Positions 42,738-54,822 are shown, counted from the stretch's first letter. The stretch is DNA of 64,000 nucleotides from an uncultured Bacteroidota bacterium (GCA_963712045.1 CAVQGO010000018.1:118591-182590), one strand, 5' to 3'. Notes: generated from the sequence alone by a model not told the origin. Program-made: numbers and translations.

Positions 42738-42770
42738 GACCCGCCTCCAAAAAGGCGGGTTTCTTTTTTT
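42738..42770 (+). terminator. Attenuator terminator upstream of ilvD
   Basis: GACCCGCCT-CCAAAA-AGGCGGGTT followed by TCTTTTTTT, directly abutting the ilvD ATG. Upstream GGAGGCG (42698-42704) can pair with CGCCTCC as the antiterminator. Confidence 0.9.
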
Positions 42771-44453
42771 ATGGCAGAACTCAACAAATATTCCAGGACG
42801 TTAACGCAGGACGAAACCCAGCCGGGTGCACAGGCAATGTATTATGCTATCGGTTTTACGGAAGCTGATTTTAAAAAAGCACAGGTGGGCATCGCAAGCA
42901 TGGGATGGGATGGAAATCCATGCAACATGCATCTGAACGACCTGGCTAAATCGGTGAAAGCAAGTATTAATAAAACTGATTTACTGGGATTGATTTTTCA
43001 TACCATCGGCGTGAGTGACGGAATCAGTATGGGCACAGATGGTATGCGGTATTCACTGGTCAGTCGTGATATTATCGCTGACAGCATAGAAACCAATGCC
43101 GGTGCGCAATATTATGACGCCATCATCACCATTCCCGGATGCGATAAAAATATGCCCGGATCCATCATGGCCATGGGCAGGTTAAACCGTCCGGGTATCA
43201 TGTTATACGGAGGAACCATTGCGCCGGGACATTACAAAGGTCAGGACCTGAATATCGTTTCGAATTTTGAAGCCCTGGGCCAAAAAATCGCCGGCAACCT
43301 GAGTGAAGCAGATTTTAAGGGTATCGTGAGAAACAGTTGTCCTGGAGCGGGCGCCTGCGGCGGAATGTATACCGCAAATACGATGGCAAGTGCCATAGAA
43401 GCTATGGGCATGAGCCTTCCCTATTCTTCTTCCAATCCCGCTTTAAGCGAAGACAAACAGAAAGAGTGTGAAGCCATCGGCACAGCTATAAAATTATTAC
43501 TGGAGAAAGATATCAAACCAAGAGATATCATGACCCGCAAAGCTTTTGAAAATGCCATTACCGTTATCATGGTTCTTGGCGGATCCACGAATGCTGTGCT
43601 GCATTTGATAGCGATGGCAAAAAGCGTCAATGTCCCCCTGACTCAGGATGATTTCCAAATGATCAGCAATAAAATACCGGTACTTGCAGATTTCAAGCCC
43701 AGCGGAAAATATCTGATGGAAGACCTTCATCAGTATGGCGGTGTGCCGGCCGTTATGAAATATTTATATAAAAATGGGCTATTACACGGTGACTGCTTAA
43801 CAGTTACCGGAAAAACGGTAGCTGAAAATCTGAAAGAAGCACCGGATTTGGATTTTGAACAGCAAAAAATAATCATGCCTTTGGCTACACCGTTAAAGGC
43901 GACCGGACATTTACAAATATTATATGGTAACCTGGCCGAAGGCGGCAGCGTTGCGAAAATCAGTGGTAAGGAAGGAGAGAGATTTGAGGGAACGGCCAGG
44001 GTATTTGATGGTGAACATGATTTGATCCGGGGAATTCAATCCGGCAAGGTACACGCCGGTGATGTGGTGGTGATCCGGAATATCGGACCCAAAGGTGCCC
44101 CCGGTATGCCTGAAATGTTAAAGCCAACCGGTGCCATTATCGGGGCTGGTCTTGGTAAAACGGTGGCCCTGATTACAGATGCACGTTTCAGTGGAGGAAC
44201 GCATGGCTTTGTTGTAGGCCATATTACACCTGAAGCGTATGAAGGTGGTTTAATCGGACTGGTGGAAGACAATGATATCATCGAAATCGATGCAACAAAA
44301 AATGCCATCACGCTAAAAGTAAGTAAGGACATCATTGCAGAAAGAAAGAAAAAATGGAAACAGCCGGCATTAAAGGCAACGAGTGGGGTTCTGTTTAAAT
44401 ATGCACGTGTCGTGAAGGATGCTTCGCAGGGATGTGTTACGGATGAAGCGTAA
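42771..44453 (+). CDS. ilvD: Dihydroxy-acid dehydratase
   Basis: [45 protein letters not shown]. True ATG at 42771. Confidence 0.98.
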   Translation: MAELNKYSRTLTQDETQPGAQAMYYAIGFTEADFKKAQVGIASMGWDGNPCNMHLNDLAKSVKASINKTDLLGLIFHTIGVSDGISMGTDGMRYSLVSRDIIADSIETNAGAQYYDAIITIPGCDKNMPGSIMAMGRLNRPGIMLYGGTIAPGHYKGQDLNIVSNFEALGQKIAGNLSEADFKGIVRNSCPGAGACGGMYTANTMASAIEAMGMSLPYSSSNPALSEDKQKECEAIGTAIKLLLEKDIKPRDIMTRKAFENAITVIMVLGGSTNAVLHLIAMAKSVNVPLTQDDFQMISNKIPVLADFKPSGKYLMEDLHQYGGVPAVMKYLYKNGLLHGDCLTVTGKTVAENLKEAPDLDFEQQKIIMPLATPLKATGHLQILYGNLAEGGSVAKISGKEGERFEGTARVFDGEHDLIRGIQSGKVHAGDVVVIRNIGPKGAPGMPEMLKPTGAIIGAGLGKTVALITDARFSGGTHGFVVGHITPEAYEGGLIGLVEDNDIIEIDATKNAITLKVSKDIIAERKKKWKQPALKATSGVLFKYARVVKDASQGCVTDEA

Positions 44454-44506
44454 GCGAAGCGTAAAGCTTAAGGCTAAGGCTTGAGGCAACACGTCAACTG
44501 TCAACT
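44445..44506. repeat. Duplicated gene end plus two heptamer families after ilvD
   Basis: GAAGCGTAA-GC-GAAGCGTAA, then AGCTTAA GGCTAA GGCTTGA, then CGTCAAC TGTCAAC. Confidence 0.6.
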
Positions 44507-44537
44507 AAAAATATCTGTTTTTATAAAAAATAAAATA

Positions 44538-46280
44538 ATGGAAACGCTGGAAATAAAGAAAGACAAAACGCCCAAGGCAAAACAAAAGACCAGGAAATTA
44601 TCCGGATCAGCAGCCTTGCTGGAAGTATTTCTTTCAGAAAAAGTGGAAACGATTTTCGGATATCCGGGCGGAGCCATTATGCCGATCTACGATGCTTTAT
44701 ATGACTACCAGCAGAAATTAAAGCATGTGCTTGTGCGTCACGAACAGGGCGCGATACATGCTGCACAGGGTTACGCCCGTGCTTCAGGTAAAACGGGAAT
44801 CGTGTTTGCCACCAGTGGTCCGGGAGCTACAAATCTCGTAACCGGCCTTGCAGATGCCATGATCGACAGCACACCCCTGGTTTGCATTACAGGACAGGTA
44901 TATGCACACCTGCTCGGCACAGATGCGTTCCAGGAAACAGACGTCATCAATATCACCACGCCTGTTACGAAATGGAATTATCAGATTACAGATGCAACGG
45001 AAATACCGAACGTTCTGGCAAAGGCATTTTATCTCGCCGCCAGTGGCCGGCCGGGACCCGTACTCATAGACATCACCAAAAACGCACAAATCCAGGAATT
45101 TGATTTTGAAGAATATGTTCCCTGTGAACATATACGCAGTTACCGTCCTAAACCGATCGTACGTAAAAAATATCTGGAAGAAGCGGCGAAGCTGATCAAT
45201 GAAGCAAAAAAACCATTCGTGATTTTTGGCCAGGGTGTTATACTCGGTGAGGCAGAAACAGAGTTTAAAAATTTCATCGAGAAATCAGGAATACCGGCAG
45301 CATGGACAATACTGGGAATGAGTGCTATACCCACCGATCATCCGATGGCTGTTGGTATGTTGGGAATGCATGGCAACTACGGTCCCAATGTACTTACCAA
45401 CGAATGCGATGTTTTAATTGCCATCGGTATGCGTTTCGATGACCGTGTAACAGGCAGGCTGGACAAATATGCAAAGCAGGCAAAAGTGATTCATCTGGAT
45501 ATTGACCCGGCAGAAATTGATAAAAATGTAAAAACCACCGTTTCAGTCTGGGGCGATTGTAAGGAAACCCTTCCTTTACTCACCCAACTCATAGATAAAA
45601 AATCACATACCGCCTGGCATCAGAAATTTAAAGACTTTCAGAAACAGGAAGATGAAAAATGTATCTATCCTGAAATGCATCCTGACACAAACGTACTTTC
45701 AATGGGTGAAGTGATCGATGCGCTGAATGAACTAACCGGTGGTAATGCGGTTCTCGTTACCGATGTAGGTCAGCACCAAATGGTGACCTGTCGTTACGCA
45801 AAATTTAATGAATCAAAAAGCAATATTACATCAGGAGGATTAGGCACCATGGGTTTTGCATTACCCGCAGCCATTGGTGCAAAATTCGGCGCTCCGCAAA
45901 GGGAAGTAATTGCCATCGCCGGAGACGGTGGATTCCAGATGACGCTGCAGGAATTGGGAACCATAATGCAAACGGGCCTGAATGTGAAAATTATTGTTCT
46001 GAATAATCAATTTCTCGGAATGGTTAGACAGTGGCAGGAACTTTTTAACGACAGAAGGTATTCTTTCGTGGATATTCAAAGTCCCGATTTCGTGGAGCTT
46101 GCAAAATCATACCGGATTGCCGGACAAAAAGTGACCGAACGTTCGGCATTGAAGAAAGCATTGAAGGATATGCTTGATACGCCCGAAGCTTATTTGCTTG
46201 ATATAATGGTAGGAAAAGAAAACAATGTGTTCCCGATGGTGCCTCAGGGATGCAGTGTGAGTGAGATCAGGCTCTCCTGA
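44538..46280 (+). CDS. ilvB: Acetolactate synthase large subunit
   Basis: FGYPGGAI, RHEQGAIHAA, TSGPGATN, GDGGFQMTLQEL..LNN..LGMVRQWQ. ATG at 44538. Confidence 0.97.
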   Translation: METLEIKKDKTPKAKQKTRKLSGSAALLEVFLSEKVETIFGYPGGAIMPIYDALYDYQQKLKHVLVRHEQGAIHAAQGYARASGKTGIVFATSGPGATNLVTGLADAMIDSTPLVCITGQVYAHLLGTDAFQETDVINITTPVTKWNYQITDATEIPNVLAKAFYLAASGRPGPVLIDITKNAQIQEFDFEEYVPCEHIRSYRPKPIVRKKYLEEAAKLINEAKKPFVIFGQGVILGEAETEFKNFIEKSGIPAAWTILGMSAIPTDHPMAVGMLGMHGNYGPNVLTNECDVLIAIGMRFDDRVTGRLDKYAKQAKVIHLDIDPAEIDKNVKTTVSVWGDCKETLPLLTQLIDKKSHTAWHQKFKDFQKQEDEKCIYPEMHPDTNVLSMGEVIDALNELTGGNAVLVTDVGQHQMVTCRYAKFNESKSNITSGGLGTMGFALPAAIGAKFGAPQREVIAIAGDGGFQMTLQELGTIMQTGLNVKIIVLNNQFLGMVRQWQELFNDRRYSFVDIQSPDFVELAKSYRIAGQKVTERSALKKALKDMLDTPEAYLLDIMVGKENNVFPMVPQGCSVSEIRLS

Positions 46281-46282
46281 AA

Positions 46283-46314
46283 GTATGGAAGACTGAAAGA
46301 CTGGAAGTTTGGAA
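46283..46314. repeat. Octamer tandem array, same family as 40772
   Basis: GTATGGAA GACTGAAA GACTGGAA GTTTGGAA just after the ilvB stop. Confidence 0.7.
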
Positions 46315-46344
46315 GTGGAGTTGATAAGTATTAAAGTGTGGTTT

Positions 46345-46920
46345 ATGGATGATACAGTTTTAAAAGATATTCCGGTTCAGTACAATCGTATCAAAGATGA
46401 TACGGAAAGGTTGTCTTTTCAAATGAATTCTGATTTGTTTACCGGAAGTCTATTGAAAACATTGGTTGCATCAAAGAAGTCTGGCCGGATACTGGAACTT
46501 GGAACAGGAGGCGGTTTGGCGACTTCATGGATATTGGATGGCATGGATCAGCATACGAAGCTTTTGACAGTAGAAAATAATGCTGCTCTTTTAGAGATTG
46601 CCAGAGAACAATTGGAAGATCCCCGGATTGAATTTATTCTCACTGATGGATACACATGGCTGAAGGAATATCAGGGTGAAAAATTCGATTTGATCTTTGC
46701 AGATGCGATGCCTGGAAAATACGATTTGTTTGTGGAGACGATTCAGCTCCTGAAAAGCGGAGGATTTTATGTAATTGACGATATGCTTCCACAACCGAAC
46801 TGGCCCTCCGGCCATGCTGAAAAGGCAGATCTTTTTATTCATATGCTGGAATCGAGAAAGGATCTCATACTGACAAAATTGAAGTGGTCAACCGGAATCA
46901 TAATCGTGGTGAAAAAATAA
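46345..46920 (+). CDS. Class I SAM-dependent O-methyltransferase
   Basis: ILELGTGGG motif I, FDLIFADA, GGFYVIDD. Likely ATG at 46345. Confidence 0.85.
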   Translation: MDDTVLKDIPVQYNRIKDDTERLSFQMNSDLFTGSLLKTLVASKKSGRILELGTGGGLATSWILDGMDQHTKLLTVENNAALLEIAREQLEDPRIEFILTDGYTWLKEYQGEKFDLIFADAMPGKYDLFVETIQLLKSGGFYVIDDMLPQPNWPSGHAEKADLFIHMLESRKDLILTKLKWSTGIIIVVKK

Positions 46921-46985
46921 ATTAACATACTATATATATGCAAGGCATTCAGCTTTCAAAGTTTCTTTTTATACTTTTTTAATAA

Positions 46986-47582
46986 ATGACTATGATCAAA
47001 CAGGAATTCACCATAACCGTATATACCGAAAACCAGATCGGTTTGCTCAATCGTATTGCGATCATCTTTTCCAGGAGAAAGATCAATATTGAAAGCATGA
47101 ATACCTCTCCATCAGAAATTGACGGCATTCACCGGTTTACCATTGTAATCAATGAGACCGAAGAAGTAGTTAAAAAACTTTGCCGCCAGATCGAAAAACA
47201 GGTAGAAGTGCTCAAAGCATACTTTAATCAAAATGATGAAATCGTATGGCAGGAGCTCGCATTATATAAAGTATCCACCGATCAGATCGTTGAAAAAGTA
47301 AAAGTCGAGAGACTTCTGAGAAAATATGGAGCACGCGCCGTAGTGATCCGTAAAGATTATACGGTATTTGAAACCACAGGTCACCGTGAAGAAACCGATG
47401 GTTTGCTGGAAGCATTGGAACCGTATGGAGTGATCGAATTCGTTCGCAGTGCGAGAGTGGCCATCATCAATGAGAGCAGTGGTTTCCACGAAAAGCTGAA
47501 AGAATTTGAACAAACCGAACCCGGAGAATTAGTTATTGAAAATGAATACCTCGATAAGCAGGATGAGGTTTTCAGTATGTGA
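46986..47582 (+). CDS. ilvN: Acetolactate synthase small (regulatory) subunit
   Basis: ENQIGLLNRIAIIFSRRKINIES ACT domain, IEKQVEV, ELALYKV. Confidence 0.95.
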   Translation: MTMIKQEFTITVYTENQIGLLNRIAIIFSRRKINIESMNTSPSEIDGIHRFTIVINETEEVVKKLCRQIEKQVEVLKAYFNQNDEIVWQELALYKVSTDQIVEKVKVERLLRKYGARAVVIRKDYTVFETTGHREETDGLLEALEPYGVIEFVRSARVAIINESSGFHEKLKEFEQTEPGELVIENEYLDKQDEVFSM

Positions 47583-47584
47583 AT

Positions 47585-47612
47585 CCGGTTGGCGGTTGAC
47601 GGTTGACAGTTG
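47585..47612. repeat. GTTGACA-family heptamer array
   Basis: CCGGTTG GCGGTTG ACGGTTG ACAGTTG just after the ilvN stop. Confidence 0.75.
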
Positions 47613-47684
47613 ACATGAAAATGTCCTTATGCTTTAAGATTGAAACTTAAAAATTGAATTAATAACAAAAATAAATACCAAAAA

Positions 47685-48776
47685 ATGGCAACATTAAATT
47701 TCGGCGGAACAGATGAAACAGTAGTAACCCGCGAAGAATTCCCGCTTTCGAAAGCCCAGGAGGTTTTGAAAAATGAAGTTGTGGCAGTGATCGGATATGG
47801 TGTACAGGGGCCGGGTCAGGCGTTGAATCAGAAGGACAATGGAATAAATGTAATTGTAGGTCAGCGGAAAAATTCAAAGACCTGGGATAAAGCCATTCGG
47901 GACGGTTTCGTACCGGGAGAAACTCTTTTTGAAATTGAAGAAGCCCTTGAAAAAGGCACCATCATATGTTACTTATTAAGTGACGCCGCGCAGATTGAAT
48001 TATGGCCGACGGTTAAAAAACACCTGACCAAGGGAAAAGCACTTTATTTTTCTCATGGATTTGGAATTACGTTTAAAGAGCAAACAGGCATCATACCACC
48101 AGCCGACGTGGATGTATTCCTGGTGGCACCAAAAGGTTCAGGAACTTCATTGAGGAGAATGTTCCTGCAGGGCCGCGGACTAAACAGCAGTTATGCGATC
48201 TTCCAGGATGCTACAGGACGGGCCAAGGATCGGGTGATTGCTTTGGGAATTGCTGTTGGCAGCGGATACCTTTTTGAAACCAATTTCAAAAAAGAAGTAT
48301 ATAGCGATTTAACCGGAGAACGTGGCACGTTGATGGGCGCGATTCAGGGTATTTTTGCGGCGCAATATCAGGTACTGCGCGATAAGGGACACAGCCCATC
48401 CGAAGCATTCAACGAAACCGTGGAAGAACTCACACAAAGTCTCATGCCTCTTGTTGCTGAGAATGGTATGGATTGGATGTATGCCAATTGTTCAACAACC
48501 GCGCAACGCGGTGCGCTGGATTGGTGGAAGAAATTCCGTGATGCAACGGCCCCTGTATTCAAGGAATTGTATGAGAGTGTTGCTTCCGGAAAAGAATCCC
48601 AGCGATCTATCGACAGCAACAGCAAGAAGGATTACCGTGAAAAACTGGAAGTCGAGCTGAAAGAATTGCGCGATAGCGAAATGTGGCAGGCTGGAAAAAC
48701 AGTCAGAAGCCTGCGTCCGGAAAATCAGGCCGCACCTGTTCTAAAATCAGATAAGAAGCTGGCAGAAAAAGTATAA
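47685..48776 (+). CDS. ilvC: Ketol-acid reductoisomerase
   Basis: VIGYGVQGPGQALN, LYFSHGF, VAPKGSG, SDLTGERGTLMG. Confidence 0.97.
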   Translation: MATLNFGGTDETVVTREEFPLSKAQEVLKNEVVAVIGYGVQGPGQALNQKDNGINVIVGQRKNSKTWDKAIRDGFVPGETLFEIEEALEKGTIICYLLSDAAQIELWPTVKKHLTKGKALYFSHGFGITFKEQTGIIPPADVDVFLVAPKGSGTSLRRMFLQGRGLNSSYAIFQDATGRAKDRVIALGIAVGSGYLFETNFKKEVYSDLTGERGTLMGAIQGIFAAQYQVLRDKGHSPSEAFNETVEELTQSLMPLVAENGMDWMYANCSTTAQRGALDWWKKFRDATAPVFKELYESVASGKESQRSIDSNSKKDYREKLEVELKELRDSEMWQAGKTVRSLRPENQAAPVLKSDKKLAEKV

Positions 48777-48778
48777 TT

Positions 48779-50032
48779 ATGGAATCATCTACAAGTACCC
48801 GAACACTGGATGTTCGGGGAGCGGCTGAAAGACTAAAAAAAATAGTGATCAGGACACCCCTGGTTTTGAATCAGAATCTCTCCAGACGTTATCAGTGTAA
48901 TATTTATCTGAAAAGAGAGGATCTGCAGGTTGTAAGATCTTACAAGATCAGGGGTGCTTACAATATGATGAGCAGTTTCCCTGAAGAAGTCCTGAAAAAG
49001 GGCGTGGTATGCGCCAGTGCAGGTAATCACGCACAGGGATTTGCCTATTCCTGCAGGAAACTCAATGTGAAGGGTGTTGTTTTCATGCCTATCATTACTC
49101 CAAAACAAAAAGTCGATCAGACCCGGATGTTTGGTGAAAATTTTGTCGATATAAAACTCATTGGAGATACGTTTGATGATTGTGCAGTGGCAGCGAAAAA
49201 ATTTACTACTGACAACCAAATGACTTTTATACCACCGTTTGAGGACCTGCGTATCATAGAGGGTCAGGCGACCGTGGGACTGGAAATACTCGATGACCTT
49301 TCGGATATCGATTATCTTTTCGTGCCGGTCGGTGGTGGCGGACTGGCCTCAGGCACAGGCACATATTTCAAGACTTATTCACCCAAAACTAAAATCATCG
49401 GATTGGAGCCAGAAGGTGCACCTTCTATGGCAGAGGCATTTAAAGCCGGTCAACCAGTAACCCTGGAAAAAATAGACCGGTTTGTGGATGGTGCAGCCGT
49501 AAAAAGAACCGGGGATCTTACTTTTTCTATTTGTCGCGAAGTGCTTGATGCTTTGGACCTGGTGCCGGAAGGGCGCGTCTGTACCACCATACTCAAATTA
49601 TATAATGAGGAAGCTATCGTAGTTGAACCGGCAGGAGCCCTGTCGATTGCAGGTTTGGAAAACCGTGCATCTGAAATCAAGGGTAAGAATGTCGTTTGTA
49701 TCGTGAGCGGGAGTAACAATGATATTGACCGGATGCCGGAGATCAAAGAGCGCTCCCTTCAGTATGAAGGACTCAAACATTATTTTCTGATCCGCTTCGC
49801 TCAACGACCAGGAGCTCTGAAGGAGTTCGTAAATAATGTTTTGGGACCCAGCGACGACATCACCCGTTTTGAATATATGCAAAAGACAGATAAGGAATCC
49901 GGACCGGCTGTTGTTGGAATCGAACTGGTCAGCCGCGCCGATTACGACAGGTTAATGGAAAATATGAGAAAATATCAAATTGATTATACGGAAATAAACA
50001 AAAGTGATACGCTTTTCAGTCTGTTGGTGTAG
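48779..50032 (+). CDS. ilvA: Threonine ammonia-lyase (biosynthetic, single ACT-like domain)
   Basis: LKREDLQVVRSYKIRGA, SAGNHAQG, VGGGGL, VEPAGA. Confidence 0.96.
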   Translation: MESSTSTRTLDVRGAAERLKKIVIRTPLVLNQNLSRRYQCNIYLKREDLQVVRSYKIRGAYNMMSSFPEEVLKKGVVCASAGNHAQGFAYSCRKLNVKGVVFMPIITPKQKVDQTRMFGENFVDIKLIGDTFDDCAVAAKKFTTDNQMTFIPPFEDLRIIEGQATVGLEILDDLSDIDYLFVPVGGGGLASGTGTYFKTYSPKTKIIGLEPEGAPSMAEAFKAGQPVTLEKIDRFVDGAAVKRTGDLTFSICREVLDALDLVPEGRVCTTILKLYNEEAIVVEPAGALSIAGLENRASEIKGKNVVCIVSGSNNDIDRMPEIKERSLQYEGLKHYFLIRFAQRPGALKEFVNNVLGPSDDITRFEYMQKTDKESGPAVVGIELVSRADYDRLMENMRKYQIDYTEINKSDTLFSLLV

Positions 50033-50279
50033 GATTGAATAAGTAAAAAAGGAATTGAACAAATGTTTCAGGCATATGTTCCTAATTAACAGGTCACCAT
50101 GAAGAATTTTAAGGATTGAACCGTTTATAAGTTTTGGGATTCGGGCATTAAGCTTTCTGCTTTTTACTTGATAAAGTACCGTTTTTTTTAGTATTTTTAA
50201 ACGAATCCCTCCTTTCCTTAGAAAAAACGTCAGAAATAACGATTGTTCGTTGATGCCATTCACTGCTTAACCGAAATAA

Positions 50280-53200
50280 ATGGAACAAAACCAGGGGTTA
50301 TATCGCCCTTCTTTTGAGCGGGATTCTTGTGGTATCGGCTTTGTAGCCAATATTAAAGGCAATAAGAGTCACCAGATCATCTCAGATGCACTCACGATCC
50401 TTGAACACATGGAACACCGGGGTGCCTGCGGCTGTGAAATTAATACCGGTGATGGTGCCGGGATTATGATCCAGACCCCGCACGAATTCTTTTTTGACGA
50501 GTGCATCCGGCTTGGTTTCCACCTGCCTGCCTATGGCAAATACGGTGTGGGAATGATATTCTTTCCAAGAGATATTATGCTCAAGGAAGAATGCCGGGAT
50601 ATTTTTAACCGCGCAGCTGAAAAACTGGGCCTTGAAGTGCTGGGTTACCGTAAAGTTCCGGTAAACCCCGACGGAATAGGACCTACTGCCCTTTCTGTTG
50701 AACCGGATATCGAACAGGTATTCATTGCCAGTCCCGACCATTTCAACGACCCTGAAGAATTTGAACGTAAGTTATTTATACTCCGGAATTATTCCAGTCA
50801 TCTCATAGAGAGCTCGGTTAAGAAAGATCCGATCGGATTTTATCTCGCTTCGCTCTCATACAAAACCGTCGTATACAAGGGCCAGCTCACGAGTAAACAG
50901 GTGCGTCATTATTTTCCCGACCTGACAAATAACCGCATCGTTTCTGCATTCGGGCTCATTCATTCCCGTTTTGCTACCAATACTTTTCCTTCCTGGAAAC
51001 TTGCACAACCCTTCCGTTACATAGCCCACAATGGTGAAATCAATACGGTTCAGGGAAACCTGAACTGGCTAAAGACCAGTGAAAAGGGATTTGAATCTCC
51101 TTACTTCACAAAAGAAGAAATGGAGATGATGCTTCCTTTGATTACAGAAGGACAGTCAGATTCTGCCTGTCTGGACAATATGATCGAACTTACTCCTGTT
51201 CTGCGGCCGCTCTCTGCCTCATGTGATGATGATGCTGATCCCTGAAGCCTGGGACGGCAATGAACAGATGGATCCTGTAAAAAAAGCATTTTACGAATAC
51301 CATGCTTCTTTAATGGAGCCCTGGGATGGACCCGCTTCGATTTCTTTTACAGACGGAAAAATGATCGGTGCTACACTCGACCGAAACGGACTGCGGCCAT
51401 CACGCTACTGTGTTACCACCGACGACCGTGTCATCATGGCTTCAGAAACCGGCGTTCTTCCCATCGACCAGAAAATCATCCGCGAAAAAGGAAGGCTTCA
51501 ACCTGGAAAAATGTTCGTGGTGGACATGGAACAGGGACGAATCATCAGCGACGATGAGATCAAGAATAAAATTTGTTCTTCCCGACCATATGCTGAATGG
51601 CTAAATAAATACAAAATCCGGCTCGAAGAATTACCGGAACCCCGGGTTACGTTTACTGAATTACAGCATGACCAGATTTTTAAATATCAGAAGGTTTTTG
51701 GTTATACCACAGAGGATGTTGAATCCATTATCACGCCGATGGCATTGGATGGCAAGGAACCCATCGGTTCCATGGGATCTGATATACCTCTTGCCGTACT
51801 CAGTGATGAGCCACAACATCTAAGCAGTTATTTCAAACAGCTATTCGCGCAGGTCACCAACCCGCCGATAGATCCGATCCGCGAACGTCTTGTCATGTCG
51901 CTGGCAACATTTGCGGGTAACAATGGAAATCTGCTGGTTGAAGATCCGCTCGCCTGTCATTGTGTGGCCCTGAAACACCCGGTACTAACAAACCACGAAC
52001 TCGAAAAAATCCGAAGTATAGATACGGGAATCTTTCAGGCAAAAACTTTACAGCTTTATTTCAGGGCAGATGAAAAACCCGGTTCCTTGCAGGCAGGTTT
52101 GGAAAGGCTTTGCCGTTATGCTGTGGATGCTGCGAAAGACGGATTTGAGGTGTTAATATTATCTGACCGGGCTATAGATTCGGATCATGCACCGATTCCA
52201 TCCCTGCTTGCAGTGGCCGCTGTTCATCATCACTTAATCAGGAAGGGATTACGCGGACAGGTAGGCATTATCGTTGAAGCGGGAGATGTTTGGGAAGTAC
52301 ACCACTATGCCTGTCTCATCGGATTCGGCGCGACTGCTATTAATCCTTATCTGGCGCTCGCAACGATACATGACGCACAGAAAACGGGCAAACTGCAAAC
52401 CAGTCTTGAACCTGAATACCTGAGGAAAAATTATGTCAAGGCTGTCAATGACGGATTGCTAAAAGTATTCTCCAAAATGGGAATCTCCACATTGCAGTCT
52501 TACCAGGGTGCACAGATATTTGAAATCATTGGATTAAACAATTCCGTGGTGGATAAATATTTTACGGGAGCAACCTCCCGTATCCAGGGAATGGGGCTGG
52601 ATGAAATTGCCCGCGAAACACTCGCTAAACATTTATTCGCATTTAGCCGGAAAGATATTCCGGTGGAACGTCTACCAACTGGTGGGGTATATCAATGGAA
52701 ACGGAAAGGAGAATTTCATCTCTTCAATCCGAACACCATTCACTATCTGCAATATTCAACTCATATGAACGATTATCTGTCGTTCAAAAAATATTCAAAG
52801 CTGGTGAATGATCAGATGGAGAAAACAGCCACCATCAGAAGTTTGTTCCAGTTTAAAAGAAACCGTCCAACCATATCAATTGAAGAAGTGGAACCGGAAG
52901 AAAGCATCATGAGAAGGTTTGCAACCGGTGCCATGAGTTTCGGATCTATTTCACATGAAGCCCATTCTACCCTGGCAATCGCCATGAATCGTATTGGCGG
53001 GAAAAGTAATACCGGCGAAGGAGGCGAAGATGAGTTCCGTTTTGAACCGTTGGCCAATGGCGACTCTATGCGATCAGCCATTAAACAAGTAGCTTCTGCG
53101 AGATTTGGTGTTACAAGCTATTACCTTACACAGGCTGATGAATTACAAATCAAAATGGCGCAGGGCGCGAAACCCGGAGAAGGTGGACAATTGCCCGGAC

Positions 53201-54798
53201 ATAAAGTAGATGAGTGGATCGGGAAAGTGAGGCATTCAACACCAGGTGTCGGACTTATTTCTCCACCCCCGCATCATGATATTTATTCAATTGAGGATCT
53301 TGCGCAGTTGATATTCGATCTGAAAAATTCAAACCGCAATGCGAGAATTAATGTAAAACTGGTTTCCAAAGCAGGTGTTGGAACGATTGCAGCAGGCGTT
53401 GCCAAAGCAAAATCGGATGTCATCCTGATTTCCGGGCACGATGGAGGCACCGGTGCATCTCCGATCAGTTCTATCCGTCATACCGGTTTACCCTGGGAAT
53501 TGGGATTGGCGGAATCTCATCAGACACTGGTGAAAAATAAATTACGCAGCCGTGTAGTTTTGCAAACCGATGGACAATTAAAAACCGGTCGTGATGTGGC
53601 CATTGCAACTTTACTGGGAGCTGAAGAATGGGGTGTAGCAACTGCTGCGCTCGTAGTCGAAGGTTGCATCATGATGCGCAAGTGTCATCTGAATACCTGT
53701 CCGGTGGGTGTTGCCACACAGGATCCCGTTTTGAGAAAACGTTTTACAGGCAATGCGGATCATGTTGTAAACCTGTTTAAATTTCTGACCCGGGAATTAC
53801 GGGAGATCATGGCTGAACTGGGCTTCCGAACCGTTGATGAAATGGTAGGCCAGGTGGAATGTCTCGAGGTTAATGATAACCTGAAACACTGGAAATCAAA
53901 AAAACTAAATCTGTCTCCGATATTATTTAAAGAACCGACTTCTATGTACACCGGTATTCATCATTCTGAAGATCAGGATCATGGTCTCGAAGATGTTCTG
54001 GATTGGCAACTGCTGGCAGCAGCCAGGCCGGCACTCGAATCGGGACAGAAAATATCTGCGGCATTTAATGTTAAGAATACCGACCGTACCATCGGCACCA
54101 TTCTGTCGAATGAAATTTCTAAACTATATAAATCGAAGGGTCTTCCCGCTGATACCATTCATTTCAAACTCAAAGGAACAGCGGGCCAGAGCTTTGGTGC
54201 ATTCAACACATCTGGCGTTACACTCGAGTTGGAAGGAGACGCGAATGATTATTTCGGAAAGGGATTGTCCGGCGCCAGGCTGGTCGTTTATCCTGCACCC
54301 GATGCAGGATTTGTTCCGGAAGAAAATTTTATCATAGGTAATGTAGCATTTTATGGAGCAACCTCAGGGGAGGCTTTTATCAGGGGTAAGGCCGGGGAAC
54401 GGTTTGCCGTTCGTAATTCCGGCGCCAATGCTGTAGTGGAAGGAATCGGAGATCACGGTTGCGAATACATGACAGGAGGCAGGGTTTTGATTCTGGGTTC
54501 TACCGGACGGAATTTTGCGGCTGGCATGAGCGGCGGAATTGCATATGTATATAATGTGGATGGAAATTTTCCATCGCTCTGCAATCCGGAAATGATTGAC
54601 CTGGATCCATTGAACGAAGAAGACATCCGGGAAATGAAAGATATGATTTCCCGCCACTATGCTTATACCGGAAGTACGGTTGCAAAATTTGTATTGGAGG
54701 ATTTTGAAAACCAGCTTCGGAATTTCGTAAAAGTGTTTCCAAAGGATTATAAAAAAGTATTGCAAGAAAAGAAGGCCCGTGTAGGCGTCAATTCCTGA
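50280..54798 (+). CDS. gltB: Glutamate synthase large subunit (one apparent +1 frameshift near 51192)
   Basis: ERDSCGIGF (N-terminal Cys amidotransferase), HSRFATNTFPSW, EPWDGPA, KMAQGAKPGEGGQLPG, CHLNTCPVGVATQ. Removing one A gives MIELLLFCGRSLPHVMMMLIPEAW. Confidence 0.97.
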
Positions 54799-54822
54799 TC
54801 ATCAATTTTAAGAAAAAAATCA

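Noticed and set aside
42663-42770. N-terminal extension of IlvD given by the ORF track
   Set aside because: It runs through the leader peptide and terminator. Homologous IlvD sequence begins at MAELNKYS (42771).
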